A stretch of DNA of 64,000 nucleotides, taken from the NCBI GenBank assembly GCA_963767925.1, contig CAVYGB010000002.1, positions 1,024,001 to 1,088,000 of the forward strand. Reading direction: 5' to 3'. Made by a program: the position numbers and the translations under genes. Source of the stretch: an uncultured delta proteobacterium. GTDB taxonomy: Bacteria > Myxococcota_A > Polyangia > Fen-1088. The notes below the pieces were generated by a model. That model ran no database searches, was not told the DNA's origin, and worked only from the letters and a program-made list of their open reading frames with translations. The number at the start of each line of letters is the position of its first letter. Position 1 is the stretch's first letter. Of this stretch, positions 59,511 to 64,000 are shown piece after piece.

Positions 59511-61160
59511 GTGTCCTCCCGCCACCCGCGGCCGATAGCGCCAGCCCGCCCGGGCCCCCGCTCGCGGCGCCAGTTCCTCACCTCGCTGGCGACGCTGGCC
59601 TCGGCCATCTCGCCCTCCCGGCCGGGCACCACCGCCCCCGGCGCCGCCGCGCCCATGGTGGGCGCCCCGCCCCCCTTCGCCCGCCGGGCCCGACACGCCG
59701 GGACTGGCTGGCTCCGCAACTCACTGCGCGCCTGCACCGCCGAGGGCCTGTTCGCCGAGCTGATCAACGCCTTCGCCGGCGGCGCGCTGCTCACCGGCTG
59801 GGCGATCCACCTCGGCGCCTCGCCGCTTTACACCGGCCTGCTGGTGGCCCTGCCCCAGATCGCGCAGGTCCTCCACGTGCCCGGGGCCTGGTCCACCGCC
59901 CTGCTCGGCCACCGGCGCGCCTGCCTCTGGCTGGTGGGCGCCTCGCGCCAGGTGCTGCTGCCCCTGGCCCTGCTCCCGTTTTTTCCGATCGACGACGCCA
60001 CCCGGCGCGCGATCCTGCTCGCGGTGGCGGGGCTGGCCGCCACCCTCGGCGTCCTCGGCAACAACGCCTGGGTCGCCTGGATGGGCGAGCTGGTCCCCAA
60101 GCGCATCCGCGGCCGCTACTTCGGCAAGCGCACCGGCCTGTGCATGCTGGGCGGTGGCCTGGCCGCCGCCGTGGTGGGCCTGCTGCTCGACTGGGCCCGC
60201 GGGCGCGGCCTGGTCGGCGCCACCCTGGCCGGCCTGCAGGTGCTGGCCTGCGCCTGCGGCGTCGTCACCGTGCTGCTGATGCGCAAGCAGCACGACCCGG
60301 CCCCGCCCGGCCAGGACAAGACCGAGGCGCGACCGACCGCCTCCCTGTCGCAGGCCTGGAAGCCCTTCCTCGACCGGCGCATGCGCGGCCTGTTCGGCTA
60401 CCACTTCGCCTGGAACGTCGCGGTCGGCGTGGCCGGATCGTTCTTTGCCCTGCACATGCTCCGCAACCTCAAGATGGGGTTCACCCTGGTGGCCCTGCAC
60501 GGCGCCGCCACCGCCGGCGTCCGCATGCTGGCCGCGCCCCTGTGGGGGGCCCTCATCGATCGCCTCGGCGCCCGCCCGGTGCTGGCCGCCTGCTCGTTCG
60601 GCATCGCCGGCATCCCGATGATGTGGCTGCTGCCCACCGAGGCCCGCCTGTGGCCGCTGGCCATCGACGCCCTGCTGGCGGGCCTGTTCTGGAGCGGGCA
60701 CGCCCTCGCCGTGTTCGCCTTGCCCCTGGCGGTCACCCGCCGCCGCGAGCGCCCGTTTTACGTCGCCGCCTTCGCCGCCGTCGGCGGGGTCGCCTTCACC
60801 GGCGCCACCGCCCTGGGGGGCACCCTGGCGAGCTGGATGCCCGATCGGGTCAGCCTGGCGGGCCTCGAGATCCACAACCTGCAGGTGCTGTTCGTGATGT
60901 CGGGCCTTCTCCGACTGGCCGCCGCCTTCCTCGCCGTGCGCATCCACGAGCCGCAGGCGCGCGGGGTGGGTGATCTGTGGTTCGCCATCACCAGCCAGAT
61001 CGGCCCCCGCCCCGCGCCGCCAAAGTTGCCCGCCCCCGCCTTCCCCCTGCCCGCCGCCGCAGGCCCCGACGGGGATCCCACCCGGCTTCCCCCGGTCCGC
61101 CGGCGCACCCGCAGCCAGTCGGTACCCGCGCCGGGCGACGGCGCCGAACATCGCGGCTGA
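59511..61160 (+). CDS. MFS transporter
   Basis: About 12 hydrophobic helices; WMGELVPKRIRGRYFG and WGALIDRLGARP. Start uncertain. Confidence 0.88.
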   Translation: MSSRHPRPIAPARPGPRSRRQFLTSLATLASAISPSRPGTTAPGAAAPMVGAPPPFARRARHAGTGWLRNSLRACTAEGLFAELINAFAGGALLTGWAIHLGASPLYTGLLVALPQIAQVLHVPGAWSTALLGHRRACLWLVGASRQVLLPLALLPFFPIDDATRRAILLAVAGLAATLGVLGNNAWVAWMGELVPKRIRGRYFGKRTGLCMLGGGLAAAVVGLLLDWARGRGLVGATLAGLQVLACACGVVTVLLMRKQHDPAPPGQDKTEARPTASLSQAWKPFLDRRMRGLFGYHFAWNVAVGVAGSFFALHMLRNLKMGFTLVALHGAATAGVRMLAAPLWGALIDRLGARPVLAACSFGIAGIPMMWLLPTEARLWPLAIDALLAGLFWSGHALAVFALPLAVTRRRERPFYVAAFAAVGGVAFTGATALGGTLASWMPDRVSLAGLEIHNLQVLFVMSGLLRLAAAFLAVRIHEPQARGVGDLWFAITSQIGPRPAPPKLPAPAFPLPAAAGPDGDPTRLPPVRRRTRSQSVPAPGDGAEHRG

Positions 61161-61204
61161 CGACCGCGACATCCTGCCGCCTCCGGTACTAAAGTGGAGG
61201 GGCC

Positions 61205-62905
61205 ATGCCCCAGGTCAAGGCGCCCGCAGGACCGATCCGGGCCGCCCGCGGCCGAACCCTCTCGTGCCGCGGCTGGCATCAGGAGGCCGCCCTGCGGATG
61301 CTGATGAACAACCTCGACCCGCAGGTGGCCGAGCAGCCGCAGCAGCTCATCGTGTACGGCGGCGCGGGCAAGGCGGCCCGCGACTGGGCCTCTTACCGGG
61401 CCATCGTCCAGACGCTGAAGAGACTCGGCGACGACGAGACCCTGCTGGTCCAGAGCGGCAAGCCGGTGGGCGTGTTCCGCACCCACGACGAGGCCCCCCG
61501 GGTGCTGATCGCCAACGCCCACCTGGTGCCCCGCTGGGCGACCTTCGATGAGTTCCGCCGGCTCGAGGCGCTGGGCCTCACGATGTACGGGCAGATGACC
61601 GCCGGGTCCTGGATCTACATCGGCACCCAGGGGATCTTGCAGGGGACCTACGAGACCTTCGCCGAGATCGCGCGCCAGCACTTCGGCGGCACCCTGGCCG
61701 GGCGGCTGGTGGTGACCGGTGGGCTCGGCGGCATGGGCGGGGCCCAGCCGCTGGCCGCCACCATGAACGGCGCCGCCTTCCTCGGCGTCGAGGTGGATCC
61801 GCTGCGCATCGAGCGTCGGGTCAAGAGCGGCTACTGCGACCGGATGTGCGCCGAGCTCGACGAGGCCCTGGCCCTTGTCGAGGCGGCGCGCGCCAGCAAG
61901 CAGCCGCTGTCGGTGGGCCTGGTCGGCAACGTCGCCGAGGTGCTGCCCGAGCTGGTGCGCCGGGGCGTCGCGCCCGACGTGGTGACCGACCAGACCTCCG
62001 CCCACGACCTGCACGTCGGCTACATCCCGCGCGGCTGCTCGCCGGGCGAGGCGGCCGGCCGGCGCGCGCGCGATCCCGCCGGCTACCAGGCGGCGGTGCT
62101 CGACTCCATGGTGGCCCACGTCGAGGCGATGCTGGCGCTCAAGGAGGCCGGCGCGGTGGTGTTCGACTACGGCAACAACCTGCGCGGCCAGGTGGCCGAC
62201 CACCGCGGCCTGGCCCGGGCCTTCACCATCCCGGGGTTCGTGCCGGCCTACATCCGCCCGCTGTTCTGCCGGGGCGCCGGCCCCTTCCGCTGGGTGGCCC
62301 TCTCGGGCGACCCGCGCGACATCGCCACCACCGACAAGGCCATGCGCGAGCTGTTCCCGCGCAAGGAGAGCCTCACCCGCTGGCTGGACCAGGCCAGCGC
62401 CAAGGTCGCCTTCCAGGGCCTGCCCGCCCGCATCTGCTGGCTGGAGTACGGCGAGCGGGCCGAGGCCGGGCTGAAGCTCAACTGGCTGGTCAAGCGCCGC
62501 AAGGTGGGCGCCCCCATCGTCATCGGCCGCGACCACCTCGACGCCGGATCGGTCGCCTCGCCCAACCGCGAGACCGAGGCGATGAAAGACGGGTCGGACG
62601 CCATCGCCGACTGGCCGCTGCTCAACGCCCTCCTCAACACCGCCTGCGGGGCGAGCTGGGTCTCGATCCACCACGGGGGCGGGGTGGGCATCGGCTACTC
62701 GATCCACGCCGGCATGGTGGTGGTGGCCGACGGCAGCAAGCGCGGCGACCGCCGCCTGGAACGGGTGCTCACCGCCGATCCGGGCACGGGGGTCATGCGC
62801 CACGCCGACGCCGGCTACGACGACGCCATCCGCACCGCCCGCAAGCGCCAGGTCGATCTCCCCATGCTGGGCAGCGGGCGCGCCCGCCGGGCGAAGGGAG
62901 CCTGA
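61205..62905 (+). CDS. hutU: Urocanate hydratase
   Basis: [32 protein letters not shown] and HHGGGVG. Confidence 0.97.
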   Translation: MPQVKAPAGPIRAARGRTLSCRGWHQEAALRMLMNNLDPQVAEQPQQLIVYGGAGKAARDWASYRAIVQTLKRLGDDETLLVQSGKPVGVFRTHDEAPRVLIANAHLVPRWATFDEFRRLEALGLTMYGQMTAGSWIYIGTQGILQGTYETFAEIARQHFGGTLAGRLVVTGGLGGMGGAQPLAATMNGAAFLGVEVDPLRIERRVKSGYCDRMCAELDEALALVEAARASKQPLSVGLVGNVAEVLPELVRRGVAPDVVTDQTSAHDLHVGYIPRGCSPGEAAGRRARDPAGYQAAVLDSMVAHVEAMLALKEAGAVVFDYGNNLRGQVADHRGLARAFTIPGFVPAYIRPLFCRGAGPFRWVALSGDPRDIATTDKAMRELFPRKESLTRWLDQASAKVAFQGLPARICWLEYGERAEAGLKLNWLVKRRKVGAPIVIGRDHLDAGSVASPNRETEAMKDGSDAIADWPLLNALLNTACGASWVSIHHGGGVGIGYSIHAGMVVVADGSKRGDRRLERVLTADPGTGVMRHADAGYDDAIRTARKRQVDLPMLGSGRARRAKGA

Positions 62906-62907
62906 CG

Positions 62908-64000
62908 GTGCCCGTCCTGCGCAACATCGGGCGGCTGCTCACCTGCCGCGCCCCGCGCGACCAGGCCGACGTGTCGGCCCTGACCGGCGCCGCCCTCGCC
63001 TTCCGCGACGGGCGCGTGATCTGGGTGGGGCGCGAGCGCGACCTGCCCGCCCGCGCCGACGACGGCGTCGCCTGGGACGCGCAGGGCAAGCTGGTGCTCC
63101 CCGGGCTGGTCGACGCCCACACCCACCTGGCCTTCGGCGGCTGGCGGGTGGAGGACTTCGTGGCCCGGATCCGCGGTGAGAGCTACCTCGACATCGCCCG
63201 TCGGGGTGGCGGCATCGTCTCGACGGTGAAGAAGACGCGCGCCGCCACCGCCGAGGCGCTGTACGCCCGCTGCCGGGGCTTTCTGCAGGCGATGCTCGCC
63301 CTCGGCGTCACGACCGTGGAGGCCAAGAGCGGCTACGGCCTCGACCTGCGCACGGAGGCGCGGGTGCTCGCGGTCTACGCCGCCCTGGCCCGCCGGGGCC
63401 CGCAGCGCCTGGTGCCGACCTACCTCGGCGCCCACGTGGTGCCCCCCGAATACCGCACCCGCCGCGCTGGCTACGTCGCCCTTGTCGAGCGGGCGGTGGC
63501 CGATCTGGCGGCCGACGGGCTGGCCCGCTTCGTCGACGTCTTCGTCGAGGAGGGGGCCTTCGACGTGGCCGAGGCCCGCCGGCTGGCGGCCGCCGCCCGC
63601 GCCGCCGGGCTGGGCCTCAAGCTGCACGTCGATCAGCTCGGCGCTGGCGGCGGGGCGGAGCTGGCCGCCGAGCTGGGCGCCGTCTCGGCCGATCACCTCG
63701 AGCACACCTCCCGGCGGGGCATGACCGCGCTGGCCCGGGCCGGCGTTGTCGGCGTCTGCTTGCCGCTGGCCAGCCTCTACCTCGGCAGCAAGCCGGCCCC
63801 CGCCCGGGCCCTGGTCAGCGCCGGCGTCCCGGTCGCCATCGCCAGCGACTTCAACCCCGGCAGCGCCCCCAGCTACCACCTGCCGCTGGCCCTCACCCTG
63901 GCCGCCACCCAGCTTCGCCTGACCCCGGCCGAGGCGGTCAAGGGCGCCACCCGCTTCGCCGCCCGCGCGGTCGGCCTGGAGGACGAGGTTGGTGCGCTGG
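62908..64000 (+). CDS. hutI: Imidazolonepropionase (runs off the window edge)
   Basis: Manual translation gives PGLVDAHTHLAFGG, EAKSGYGL, LGAH, KLHVDQL, SADHLE and ASDFNPGS; follows hutU. Confidence 0.93.
   Translation, partial: MPVLRNIGRLLTCRAPRDQADVSALTGAALAFRDGRVIWVGRERDLPARADDGVAWDAQGKLVLPGLVDAHTHLAFGGWRVEDFVARIRGESYLDIARRGGGIVSTVKKTRAATAEALYARCRGFLQAMLALGVTTVEAKSGYGLDLRTEARVLAVYAALARRGPQRLVPTYLGAHVVPPEYRTRRAGYVALVERAVADLAADGLARFVDVFVEEGAFDVAEARRLAAAARAAGLGLKLHVDQLGAGGGAELAAELGAVSADHLEHTSRRGMTALARAGVVGVCLPLASLYLGSKPAPARALVSAGVPVAIASDFNPGSAPSYHLPLALTLAATQLRLTPAEAVKGATRFAARAVGLEDEVGAL

Overview
This is a very GC-rich bacterial window. It most resembles Myxococcota, given a MYXO-CTERM-like sorting signal, Cys-rich and Pro/Gly-rich lipoproteins, and two ECF sigma/anti-sigma modules. 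Most genes are housekeeping or accessory: def, a GH97 enzyme, truncated haemoglobin, YebC, a Mycobacterium Sdh1-like succinate dehydrogenase operon, moaB/moaA, ccmE, a vapBC pair, lolC/E, tatA, an mltD-like transglycosylase, an RluA enzyme and hutUI. Several genes carry single-base frameshifts, probably long-read errors. The most unusual feature is a 1.43-kb IS1380-derived element (54139-55570) flanked by CTAG. It has outer terminal inverted repeats and a perfect 49-bp inner inverted repeat built on (GTTCCC)5, and it encloses an intact four-helix-bundle (23S-IVS/Avd-like) gene plus a deleted transposase. Other candidates for follow-up are: a heme-oxygenase-like diiron enzyme paired with a cytokinin-dehydrogenase-like flavoprotein; an orphan MbtH coupled to an M32 carboxypeptidase; a nucleotidyltransferase-metallophosphoesterase pair; and several structured intergenic repeat families. 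I saw no tRNA, rRNA or CRISPR array. All family assignments are by motif recognition, without database searches.
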